Shown: piece after piece, positions 23,203 to 34,627 of the stretch | Numbering within the stretch: position 1 is the stretch's first letter | How the letters are laid out: each line of letters opens with the position of its first letter | NCBI GenBank assembly: GCA_009602735.1 | Contig: WELA01000881.1 | Span: 62,001-126,000, forward strand | Source: Mesotaenium endlicherianum | Taxonomy: Eukaryota | Direction of reading: 5' to 3' | Length of the DNA: 64,000 nt | Program-made: the position numbers and the translations under genes | The notes under the pieces: generated by a model | What the model was told of the DNA's origin: nothing | Seen by the model: only the letters and a program-made list of their open reading frames with translations | Database searches by the model: none

Positions 23203-24170
23203 GGCTGGCTGCTTGTCCCTCTCTTGCGTTTGTCGGAGCTGGCTGCCAGCCCCCTGCTTGCTTTTGTTGGGGCTGGCTACCAGCTCCTGCTTGCTTTTGT
23301 GGGACTGGCTGCCAGCCTCTTGCTATTTTAAGATTTTTGTTGGGGCTGGCTGCTTGCTCCTCTCTTGCGTTTGTTGTCACAGGCTGCTTGCCCCCTACTT
23401 GCTTTTGTGGGGCTGGCTGCTAGCCCTGAGCTTGCTTTTGTGAGGGCTGGCTGCTAGCCCCGTGCTTGCTTTTGTGGGGCTGGCTCCTAGCCCCTTACTT
23501 GCTATTTTAAGATTTTAGTTGGGGCTGCCTGCCAGTCCCTCTTTTGCATTTGTCGGGGCTGGCTGCGAGTCCCTCTCCTGCGTTTGTCAGGGCTGGCTGC
23601 CAGTCCCTTGCTTGCTCTTGTCGAGGCTGGCTGCCAGCCCTCTGCTTGCTTTTGTGGGGCTGGTCGCCACCCCTCAGCTTGCTTTTGTCGGGGCTGGCTG
23701 CTTGCTCCTGCTTGCTTTTGTGGGGCTGGCTGCCACCCTTGAGCTTGCTTTTGTCGGGCTGGCTGCTAGCTCCTGCTTGCTTTTGGGGGGATGGCTGCCA
23801 GCCTCTTGCTATTTTAAGATTTTAGTTGGGACTGGCTGCCAGTCCCTCTCTTGCGTTTGTTGGGGCTGGCTGCCAGCCCCCTGCTTGCTTTTGTTGGGGT
23901 TGGCTGCCAGCTCCAACTTGCTTTTGTGGGGCTGGCTGCCAGCCTCTTGCTATTTTAAGATTTTAGTTGGGGCTGGCTGCCAGTTCCGCTCTTGCGTTTG
24001 TTGGGACTGGCTGCCAGCCCCCTACTTGCTTTTGTGGGGCTGGCTGCTAGCCCTGAGCTTGCTTTTGTCAGGGCTGGCTGCCAGCCCCCTGCTTGCTTTT
24101 GTGGGGCTGGCTGCTAGCCCCTTACTTGCTATTTTAAGATTTTAGTTGGGGCTGCCTGCCAGTCCCTCTC
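23203..24170. repeat. Palindromic GGGGCTGGCTGCCAGCCCC array (right part)
   Basis: Same units as 12770-14939. Confidence 0.95.
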
Positions 24171-25544
24171 TTACATTTTGGAGCTGCTGTTGAAAGATAA
24201 AAGAGCTCGAGGGCATAATGGATAGCTTCAAGCACTTGGTCCAGTTTGTTGCAAACCACCACATGCCTCACGCTCTTTACCGTGAGCATGGGGCAAGGCT
24301 TGGAAATAATTTGGAGTTGTTGAAGCCAGGGCCCACGAGGTTTGCTAGTAAATTCCTTTGCTTGCAAAGACTCATCGTTGTGAGGGATACCTTACAAGCT
24401 ATGGTGTCTGAAAGAAGATGGTTTGAGTGGGCGGCAAAGAATGGTTGTGTAGGTGAGGTCACGGAGATTAGAGACCTAGTTCGCAACGATGAACTTTGGG
24501 AGCGAGTGAAGGTATGGATAGCTGTGTGTGAGCCGATCGTAGTTCTCCTTCGACTAGTTGACTCTCCACAACCTTCTCTCGGGAAGATCTGGGCTCCCAT
24601 GAGTGCCATTAAAGAGCATGTGCTTGAGGTTGAAGGACTCAAACCGACACAAAGAACCCAACTTAAGAAGGACGTGAAGGCTCGCCGGGACCAACTTCAC
24701 AGCCCCCTACATTCTGCGGGTAAAAGTCTATTTTGATGTTGCTCACCTTTCTTGTTCGGCGGCTGCTGTTCTCTTGCATGCTTGTTATTGTGAGTTGATC
24801 ATTGTTATTGTTATTGTGCTTGTTATTGTTATTGCTCTCTTTTTTGTGATGTGCATTGCGCTCTCATATACTGAGTGTGCTTCTTGACTTTGTTTTGCTA
24901 GAGGCTACTATCTGGACCCCGAGTTCCAAGACCATCAGTCTTGGGCAGTTGAGAAGTGTCTACTAACCGATTGGTCCAACGTGCGGAGTACCCTTGTCGG
25001 AGGGAGTGTGCTCGATCGAGCGTTGGTGGATCGAGAGTTGGCACTCTACCAGCAGAGCGGTGACATTTTTGGCGATGATGTTTGCAAGGCTAATAAGACC
25101 ATGATGCCTGCTCACAAGTGGTGGGAAACATACGGAAGTCATTGTCCTAACCTTCAGCTTCTTGCTATGAGAATATTGTCACAACCTGGTTCAGCAGCTG
25201 CATGTGAGAGAAATTGGTCTGAGTACGGGTTTGTTCATAGTCCGATTCGCAATAGGCTGCTCCCTACTAGAGCAAAGAAGTTGGTGTACGTGCATTCTAT
25301 GTTGAGACTTCAGGAGAAGAGCTTGGACTTCCTTGGACCAAGTGTTGGCGCCACTCCATGGGTTGAAGAAGCGGAGTTCTTGGAGACACCTGAAGAGGAG
25401 GGTCTCAATCTTGCCATGCATGCCTCGTTGAGTGAGGAACAGGAGATAGAGGTAGAGGATGAGGAGGTGGAGGAAGAGGAGGTGGAGGAGCGACCTAGTG
25501 TTTTAGCTCCAGGAAGAAGGAGGCTTAGAGAGATCGGTTACTAG
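24170..25544 (+). pseudogene. hAT transposase, C-terminal half only (intron ~24720-24903)
   Basis: PGPTRFAS, HSPLHSAG|YYLDP and the hAT dimerisation motif WWETYG...CPNLQLLAMRILSQPGSAAACERNWS. The N-terminal half is deleted relative to 30459-31450. Confidence 0.9.
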
Positions 25545-25589
25545 ATGTGTCTGTCAGCTAACATATATGTAGTAGAGGTAGCATGTATT

Positions 25590-26490
25590 CTCACTCACTT
25601 TTTTTGGCTAAGTCACACTTCACTCTCTATTAAATTTGGCAATCATAAGTACTTCTTAGATCTTGTACATGCTTGTTCAGAGTTTGCATCTTCTTCACAC
25701 TTCTTCATTAAAGCTTATTGTACCCGATCAAAATGCAATGATATTGCTAAGCCTTCTTAGTTTACTAATTAATAAAATAGGAAGTACAAAAACAATGCTC
25801 TGCCTAGCGGCTGTCTCAGTGTTGGACTTTTGGTCGATAAGTCAAATTTCACTCACTCTTAAAAGTAGCATATATAGGTACTTCTTAGTTCTTATACATG
25901 CTTGTTTAGAGTTTGAATCGTCTTCGTACTTCTTCATTTAAGCTTATTGTACTCCATTAAGAAGCAATGATAATTCTAAGCCCTCCTTATTGAACTAATA
26001 AAATAATTACAAAGTACAAAAATATGCTTTGCTAAGCAGCCCTCTTAGTGTAAGACTTTTTGTGAATAAGTCAATCACTCTGAAACGGAGCATTCATAGG
26101 TACTTGTTGGTGGTTATACATGCTTCTTAAGAGTTTGAATCTTCTTCACACTTGTTCATTGAAGCTTATTATACTCCATTAAGAAGCAATGATACTACTA
26201 AGCCTTCTTATTGAACTCATAAAATAGTTAGAAAGTACAGAGAACATGCTCTGCTAAGCGGCCCTCCCATGGTTAGACGTTTTGTCGAGAAATCAAGTTT
26301 CAGTCACTCTTAAATATGGCATATATAAGAACTTCTTATTTCTTACACATGCTTGTTAAGAGTTTGAATCATGTATACACCTCTTCCTTCAAGCTTATTC
26401 TACTTGATAAGGTAGTAATGATACTCCTGACTGTTCTTGTTCAACTAATAAATCAGTTAGGAAGTACAAAAAACAGGTATGCTAAGCTTC
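25590..26490. repeat. AT-rich ~225-230-bp tandem repeat, about 4 copies, in the hAT 3' region
   Basis: AAGCTTATT(G/A/C)TAC...AATGATA...AAGTACA recurs near 25711, 25940, 26162 and 26391. Confidence 0.75.
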
Positions 26491-27259
26491 CCTCCCTGAA
26501 TTGGAACGATAAATGCCGTCGACATTATTCATGGACAACGGGTCATTTCATTGTCCAAACGAGAAACAGCTTACGTAAGATTCAGCGTGAGGCAGCGTGG
26601 TTAAGCATCGCTCCTTGCATACGGTGACGGGGGATCAAATTCGTTGGGTAGCGCCTGATACGTGAAGCGTACCATAATTCTTTCTTCTCAGTGGATAGTG
26701 AATGCTAACTATAATGCAACAAAGACCGCCCGGCTATAGAATCGTGCATGGCACTTCGGATAGCTCTCTAAATCCTGCACCTGGTGGCGGGAGTTCAACC
26801 CGACCGGTGACATTCTGATGGTATAGTTTGATCAAAATTTTGCTAATCTTCGTTTCAAATCGGGCAGTTCAAAAATTCCGAAAGCGCACGGATTTTTTTT
26901 TGCCATTTTGAACAGAAACAAAAGTCTGACTCGACGTGGTATTTGTACACGTGCGACCGATATCAGACGTCGACGTCGTAGCTACTTGACGTCGACGCCG
27001 TCGTGACTTGGCGTACTAAGCGAATTAGTTCTTTTTTGTAAACACTGTACTAAGCGAACTAGCGTACTAGTCAAACTAAGCGTACAAGCGTACGGCGTAA
27101 CCTTGCATGAGACAACTCTGAACTAGCACATTTTAGTTTTGGTAACTTTCAGTCTATGGACTCTCACTTACCATCCCACCCCATTTGGGTGCTATCATGA
27201 GCAGTCTAGGCAACGACGTCTAGAAGTGGTAAGACACCATAGGGCATGACAAGACACAT

Positions 27260-27300
27260 GGAGAGAGAGAGAGAGAGCGAGAGAGAGAGAGAGAGGGGGG

Positions 27301-27375
<75 letters not shown>

Positions 27376-27428
27376 NNNNNNNNNNNNNNNNNNNNNNNNN
27401 NNNNNNNNNNNNNNNNNNNNNNNNNNNN

Positions 27429-27482
<54 letters not shown>

Positions 27483-27560
27483 GGAGAGAGAGCAAGAGAG
27501 AGGGAGAGAGAGAGAGAGGGACACGGAGAGGAAGATAGAGCGAGAGAGAGAGGAAGAGAA

Positions 27561-27607
<47 letters not shown>

Positions 27608-27660
27608 GAGAGAGAGAGAGAGCAAGAGAGAGGGAGAGAGACAAAGAGGGACAGAGAGAG

Positions 27661-27717
<57 letters not shown>

Positions 27718-27720
27718 AAG
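27260..27720. repeat. (GA)n microsatellite with assembly gap (N 27376-27428)
   Basis: Directly visible. Confidence 0.97.
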
Positions 27721-28340
27721 TGTAATGAATCAATTCCTTATTTATTTAATTAATTGCATGTATAAATACAACACTAAACAAGTGTTATGTCACTATACTG
27801 ACATGCGCGAGGTCATTTAAATGAATGTATGTCGATGTAATGCGAGTTTACTTACTTTCGCAAAAAATTTAGCAAGATGACGTTTGCATCTTAGTGTAGT
27901 TTGTTGAGATGTACATATGAGCTTTAGGATATATTATCAAGAAAGCTCGCTTGATATTAGTTAGTATACTTAGCTTCAGTACGCTGAGGATAGATATTTT
28001 CATTTAGATTGTTATTTGTAAATTGGCACATGTGACCGTAGTATACTGAAAGACGGGAGGTCGACTGAGATTTGGTAAACCGATGTCCTACCAGTGTGGT
28101 TAACTCTTGGGTAGGCGGAGCCGTCGTCAGTCAACTGAACGGTTAGGACTTTAGTCAATCGACCAATTGATATGGTCGTTATACCTAGATCCATGGGTCC
28201 CAACTTAACGGGTTTCCTACGAGATGGCGCACCTTGCGCCGTGGTCAACCAAATGGTCACTAGGTACATAGCAGGCTGGGATCTCGTGGTCTCTCATTCT
28301 GGACAGTAGGCTTTACAGTCGGACTCCTACTTGCACTTTT
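27721..28340 (+). mobile_element. Truncated distant relative of the TGTAATGA LTR family
   Basis: Begins TGTAATGAATCA. 28068-28120 (GATTTGGTAAACCGATGTCCTACCAGTGTGGTTAACTCTTGGGTAGGCGG) matches the family core. Right end not defined. Confidence 0.6.
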
Positions 28341-28354
28341 TGGGTTCGTTCTAA

Positions 28355-30330
28355 CCAGCCCCGTGCTTGCTCTTGTCGGGGCTGGCTGCCAGCCCCTTGC
28401 TTGCTGCTGTTGGGGCTGGAGGCCTGGGCGTGCTTGCTGTATAGGGTTTAGTCTGGGCGGGCTTGCTTGCTGTTTTAGGGTCTAAGTTGAGGCTGGGTGA
28501 TGTAGTGCTTGCTCGTGTCGGGGCTGGCGGCCAACCGCGTGCGTGATCTTGTTGGGCCTGGCTGCCAGCCCCTTGCCTGCTTTTGTGGGACTGGCTGCCA
28601 GTTCTTTGCGTGCTATTTGAGGATTTTAGTCAGGGCGGATTGGCTGCCCCTTGCTTGCTCTTGTTGGAGCTGGCTGCCAGCCCCGTGCTTGCTCTTGTTG
28701 GGGTGGCTGCTAGCCCTTTGCTTGCCGCTGTTGGGGCTGGAGGCCAGCCCGTGCTTGCTGTTTAGGATTAAGTTGAGGCGGGCTTGCTTGCTGTTTTAGG
28801 GCGTGTGTGATCTTGTCAGGCCTGGATGCCAGCCCCTTGCATGCTTTTGTTGGGCTGGCTGCCAGTCTTTTGCGTGCTGTTTGAGGGTTTTAGTCGGGGC
28901 GGATTGGCTGCCCCTTGCTTGCTCTTGTTGGGGCTGGCTGCCAGCCCCGTGCTTGCTCTTGTTGGGGCTGGCTGCCAGCCCCTTGCTTGCTGCTGTTGGG
29001 GCTGGGGGCCTGCGCGTGCTTGCTGTTTAGGGTTTAGTCGGGGCGGGCTTGCTTGCTGTTTTAGGATCTTAGTTGAGGCTGGGTGTTGTCGTGCTTGCTC
29101 GTGTGGGGGCTGGCGGCCAACCCCGTGCGTGATCTTGTCGGGGTTGGCTGCCAGCCCCTTGCTTGCTGCTGTTGGGGTTGGCGGCCAGCCCGTGCTTGGT
29201 GTTTAGGGTTTAGTCGTGGCGGGCTTGCTTGTTGTTTTAGGGTTTTAGTTGGGGCAGGCTGTTGTCCTGCTTGCTTGTGTCGGGGCTGGCGGCCAACCCC
29301 GTGCATGCTCTTGTCGGGGCTGGCTGCCAACCCCGTGCGTGCTCTTGTCGAGCCTGGATGCCAGCCCCTTGCATGCTTTTGTGGGGCTGGCTGCCAGTCC
29401 TTTGCGTGCTGTTTGAGGGTTTTAGTCGGGGCGGATTGGCTGCCCCTTGCTTGCTCTTGTTGGGGCTGGCAGCCAGCCTCGTTCTTGCTCTTGTCGGGGT
29501 TGGCTACCAGCCCCTTGCTTGCTACTGTTGGGGCTGGAGGCCAGCCCGTGCTTGCTGTTTAGGGTTTAGTCGAGGCGGGCTTGCTTGCTGTTTTAGGGTC
29601 TTAGTTGAGGCTGGGTGTTGTCGTGTTTGCTCGTGTCGGGGCTGGCGGCCAACCTCATGCGTGGTCTTGTCGGGGCTGGCTGCCAGCCCCGTGCTTGCTC
29701 TTGTTGGGGCTGGCTGCCAGCCCTTTGCTTGCTGCTGTAGGGGCTGGGGGCCTGCGCGTGCTTGCTATTTAGGGTTTAGTCGGGGCGGGCTTGCTTGCTG
29801 TTTTAGGGTCTTAGTTGAGGCTGGGTGTTGTCGTGCTTGCTCGTGTCGGGGCTGGCGGCCAACCTCATGCGTGGTCTTGTCGGGGCTGGCTGCCAGCCCC
29901 GTGCTTGCTCTTGTTGGGGCTGGCTGCCAGCCCTTTGCTTGCTGCTGTAGGGGCTGGGGGCCTGCGCGTGCTTGCTATTTAGGGTTTAGTCGGGGCGGGC
30001 TTGCTTGCTGTTTTAGGGTCTTAGTTGAGGCTGGGTGTTGTCGTGCTTGCTCGTGTGGGGGCTGGCGGCCAACCCTGTGCGTGATCTTGTCGGGGTTGGC
30101 TGCCAGCCTCTTGCTTGCTGCTGTTGGGGCTGGCAGCCAGCCCGTGCTTGCTATTTTAGGGTTTAGTCAGGGCGGGCTTGCTTGCTGTTTTAGAGTCTTA
30201 GTTGGGGCTGGCTGTTGTCCTGCCTGCTTGTGTCGGGGTTGGCGGCCAACCTCATGCGTGCTCTTGTCGGGGCTGGCTACCAGCCCCTTGCTTGCTGCTG
30301 TTGGGGCTGGCGGCCAGCCCGTGCTTTTGT
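28355..30330. repeat. Palindromic GGGGCTGGCTGCCAGCCCC array with TTTAGGG-containing linkers; ~210-bp higher-order repeat
   Basis: Directly visible. Near-identical 210-bp blocks start at ~29580, ~29790 and ~30000. Confidence 0.95.
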
Positions 30331-30458
30331 TGAGATTGCCTGCTCTCTTGTTTGCCTATTGTTGTGTTTTTGCTTGTTTATATGGCATTTGAATGGCATG
30401 TTGTTATGTCTCTTACAAGTTGTTACTGTACTTCATTATTGCAGGTTTCACGCGCATC

Positions 30459-32807
30459 ATGTCTCAACCATGCACTTCGTCTGGAGCATCGCTTGGTGGA
30501 ATGAGGGCGTCCACTGTAGCTTTAACCGCTCGTCTTCCCCCTAGGGCAATTGCTGCAAGGTCTGGTCCAGAGTGGGGCCATGTGACCATCGTTGTGGAAG
30601 CCAAGTCCAAGAATTCATATCCGAAGGTGAAGTGCAACTACTGCCCCAGGGAGTTTACCGGTGGAGTCACGCGGATTCGTGGCCATTTCACAGGAGGCTG
30701 TAAGGATGTTAGTCAGTGTGAGGATGTTCCCGATGAAGTTCTAGATCTCATGATTAGCCGTAGAAACCGTATGGCTAATTCTTTATTAGGAACGCGACGT
30801 AGGAAGAGTACAAGCTGCACGAAAGCGCGTGCATGAATGGGGTTGTGCAAGTGCTGGAGAGTCCCCCTCCTTAGGCAGGGAGTCAGGGCAAACCTCTATA
30901 AGTGACATGTTGCAGAAGATGAATGCTGATGCTGTTCATGAGACTGTCGTCCGTTTCTTCTGTGGCACTGGTTGCTCATTCAATGTTGCTCGCCGTGACT
31001 TCTTTAGGAACATGTTGGTTGCTGTCAGTAAGTACACCTTAGAAACGGGTCTTGTGTATGTCCCGATGAAGGATAAGCCTCTCAGAAGTACCCTACTAGA
31101 TAAAGAGGTGTCGAAGATAGAGGCTTGGGAGAAGAAACAAAAAAAGGGACTACCACAGATGGGTTGTAGCATTGTAGCAGATGGGTGGACCGATCCATGT
31201 GGGCACCCTCTTCTTAACGTGCTTATGGTTGTGGGAGGCACTGAAATGTTCATGGATGCTATCAACACTGAGGGTGAAAGAAAAACGGGTGAGTATATTG
31301 GTAGCCACCTGCTTGCGGCCGTGGAGAAAATAGGGGCCGATCATGTCGTACAACTTTGCAGAGACTCTGCAGCTAACATTGTAGCTGGTTGTAATGTGGT
31401 TCTTGAGAAGCACCCGCATATATATATTGGACGCCTTATGCTGCTCACATTTTGGACGTGCTGTTGAAAGACATAGGAAAAGTATAAGAGCTAGAGGGCA
31501 TAATTGATAGCTTCAAGCACTTGGTCCAGTTTGTTGCAAACCACCACATGCCTCACGCTCTTTACTGTGAGCATGGGGCAAGGCTTGAGAATAAACTAGA
31601 GTTGTTGAAGCCAGGACCCACGAGGTTTGCTAGTAACTTCCTTTGCTTGCAACGACTCATTGTTGTGAGGGATACCTTACAAGCTATGGTGTCTGACAGA
31701 AGATGGCTCGAGTGGGCGGCAAAGAACGGTTGTGTAGGTGAGGCTACGGAGATTAGAGACCTAGTTCGCGACGATGAACTTTGGGAGCGAGTGAAGGTAT
31801 GGGTAGCCGTGTGTGAGCCGATTGTAGTTCTCCTTCGACTAGTCGACTCTCCACAACCTTCTCTTGGGAAGATTTGGGCTCGCCTGAGTGCCATTACAGA
31901 GCATGTGCATGAGATTGTAGGACTCAAACCAGCACAAATAACCCAAGTTAAGAAGGACGTGAAGGCTCGCTGAAGGCAGCTTCACAGCCCCCTGCATTCT
32001 GCAGGTAAAACTCTATTTTGATGTTGCTCACTTTTTTGCTTGGCGGCTGGCGTTCTCTTGCATGCTTGTTATTGTGTGCTGGTCATTGTTTTTGTGTTTG
32101 TGCTTGCTATTGTTATTGCTCTCTCATTTGTGAAGTGCATTGTGTTGTCATATACTAAGTTTACTTCTTGACTTTGTTCAACTACAGGCTACTATTTGGA
32201 CCCCGAGTTCCAAGACCATGAGTCTTGGGCAATCGAGAAGTGTCTACTAACGGATTGGTCCGACGTGCAGAATACCCTTGTTGGAGGAAGTGTGCTTGAC
32301 CGAGCATTGGTGGATCGAGAGTTGGCGCTCTACCGGCAGAGCGGTGACATTTTTGGCGATGATGTTTGCAAGGCTAATAAGACCATGATGCCTGCTCACA
32401 AGTGGTGGGAAACATACGGAAGTCATTGTCCTAATCTTCAGCTTCTTGCTATGAGAATATTGTCGCAACCCGGTTCAGCAGCTGCATGTGAGAGAAATTG
32501 GTCTGAGTACGGGTTTGTTCATAGTCCACTTCGCAATAGGCTGCTCCCTACTAGAGCAAAGAAGTTAGTGTACGTGCATTCTATGTTGAGACTTCAGGAG
32601 AAGAGTTTGGACTTCCTTGGACCAAGTGTCGGCGCGACTCCATGGGTTGAAGAAGCGGAGTTCTTGGAGACATCTGAAGAGGAGGATCTCAATCTTGCCG
32701 TGCATGCCTCGTTGAGTGAGGGGATGGAGGTGGAGGAAGAGGAGGTGGAGGAGCGACCTAGTGTTTCCGCTCCACTAAGAAGAAGGCCAAGAGCGATTGG
32801 CTACTAG
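30459..32807 (+). pseudogene. hAT transposase (BED zinc finger, DUF659-type catalytic region, hAT dimerisation domain); intron 32005-32187; stops and frameshifts present
   Basis: W...KCNYC...GGVTRIRGH...C BED finger, IVADGWTD, DSAAN, AAHILD, TRFASNF and CERNWS. Premature stops near 31479 and 31971. Confidence 0.92.
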
Positions 32808-34627
32808 ATGTGTTTGTCAGTTAACTTGTATGTACTAAAGGTAGCATGTACATATTAAAGAAAAAAAAGGAGGTTGAGAAAATGAATATATTTGAAATCA
32901 ATTTTTTATGCCCTATGACTTCATGGAATGTGGTACTTTGTGAATGACTTACATGGTATGGATTACCTCTAACTTCTTATGCATGCTTGCAAAGAGTATG
33001 ATTCATGTTTATACTTCTACATTAAAGCTCATTTACTCGTTTTAGAAGTAATGATACTCCTAAGTGTTCTTATTGAATCAATTGGCTAGTTAAAATGTAC
33101 AAAAAGCATGCTCTGCAAAGTGGCCCTCCCAGAAAAAGAGAGTACAAAAATAATCCTTAATCTATCTTCAATCACTCTTGAATGTGGCATTTATAATAAC
33201 TTCTTAGTTGTTAGACATGCTTGCTAAGATGTTGAATTATATTTATACCTCTTCATTGAAGCTTGTTGTACTCGACTAAGAAGTAATGATACTGCTCAAT
33301 GGTCTAATTCAACAAATATATAAGTTAGGAAATACAAAAAAGAACTTTGCTAAGCGGCCCTCCCAGCTTTGACATGATTGAATGTCGTCTAGATGGTACA
33401 TAAACAAAGCGCTTACAAGACATTTTATATAAAAACAAGAATGCGGGTTGTCGTAAGCTACTTATAGTGAAAAATTGGTAAATCGTCGCTTCCGGCAGCT
33501 GATGGCGGGGGTTCGAGCCCGACGGTTGGCGCCCGGGGCTCCGTTTTGTGGAAATCCGTGATTTCCTTTTCGCCAAGCGTTTTTGCCCTAATAAATACGT
33601 AATTATGATCGCGAAGTTATAAGAAACGTGCATGGCTGGTTGGGTAGTGTCTTATCCCTGCACCCGGCGGTGGGTGTTCAAATCCGCTTGCTTACATCCC
33701 TAAATAGCAGAAGTTCAAAGTAGGTTTCGAAATTGTCGCCGCAACCCGGGCAGAGAGCAGATCCGAAACTGCCCGAAAAAGTTACCGGTCACTTTGAACG
33801 AAATAAACAGTCTGACATGACGTGCTTTTTGTACACGTGCGACCGACATGTAATGTCAACGTCGTCGCTACTGCACGTCGACGCCGTTGTGACGTTGGCG
33901 TACTAAGCGTTTTAAGCGAACTAGTCCATTTTTTTGAACACCGATCTAAGCGAACTAGCGTATTAGTCGAACTAAGCGTACAAGCGTACGGCGTAACCGT
34001 GGGAGAAACACTAGTCCTCAGGCTCGCCTCTTTCTTGTTCCTTGTATTAGTGTGCGACTATGGCACACTACGGTATGGGGAGTCAAGTGTAGTGATTTGA
34101 GTTATTATATATTTGTATGCATATATTTTAATGTTTTCAAATATATTTGGAGTGGTTTTGTGTGGAGTCAGGTGTGAATAAGTACTCTAGTAACTTGGTT
34201 CATGTCCTTTGAACCTTCCAAGGCATTTTCGAAGTTAGAGGAAAGACCTAGAAGAACTCCATGTGGCAAAAGTCAAATGTGCCATTTTTAGGTCAAAAGG
34301 ACATGTGTACATTATTCTAGAAAGAGGTGGCAAGTTTTGGGATGTGTTGGGTGCCAACACATCAACATACACCTTCCTAGAAATTACTTATGTAGCAAGT
34401 ATATAAACAAGAGCTAGAACATAGAAAGACATTCCAGAATCACTCTTGTACTTGCCAAAATCCAGAAATATATTAACTTTCAAGAAGCCATCTCTCTTTC
34501 AAGAAGCTACCACTTGTGTTCAAAGATCCTTGTCTTGAATAGATAAAGTATTCTGTTTTACTAAGTACTTTATCTATCTGTTTCACTACAGTGGTATCGG
34601 AGCTAGGCACTTTGGTAGCACAAGAAG

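Larger units (their letters stand above)
12025..27105 (+). mobile_element. hAT DNA transposon (copy 2), internally deleted, with a nested LTR retrotransposon
   Basis: TIRs CAGGGTTACGCCGTACGC at 12025 and ...GCGTACGGCGTAACCTTG ending 27105 (one mismatch). Perfect 8-bp TSD CATGAGAC (12017-12024, 27106-27113). Transposase remnant at 24170-25544. Confidence 0.95.
28355..34001 (+). mobile_element. hAT DNA transposon (copy 3), left end missing
   Basis: Right TIR ...GCGTACGGCGTAACCGTG ends at 34001, with subterminal AAGCGAAC/AAGCGTAC repeats. Nearly full-length transposase. No left TIR or TSD found. Confidence 0.85.

Noticed and set aside
12770..30330. Palindromic repeat arrays as CRISPR arrays
   Set aside because: The linkers are themselves repeated rather than unique spacers, there are no cas genes, and the arrays lie inside eukaryotic hAT elements.
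28509..30544. Long Cys/Leu/Gly/Trp-rich ORFs (also 12655-14944 and 23195-24145)
   Set aside because: They are translations of the tandem repeat, open in several frames and on both strands.
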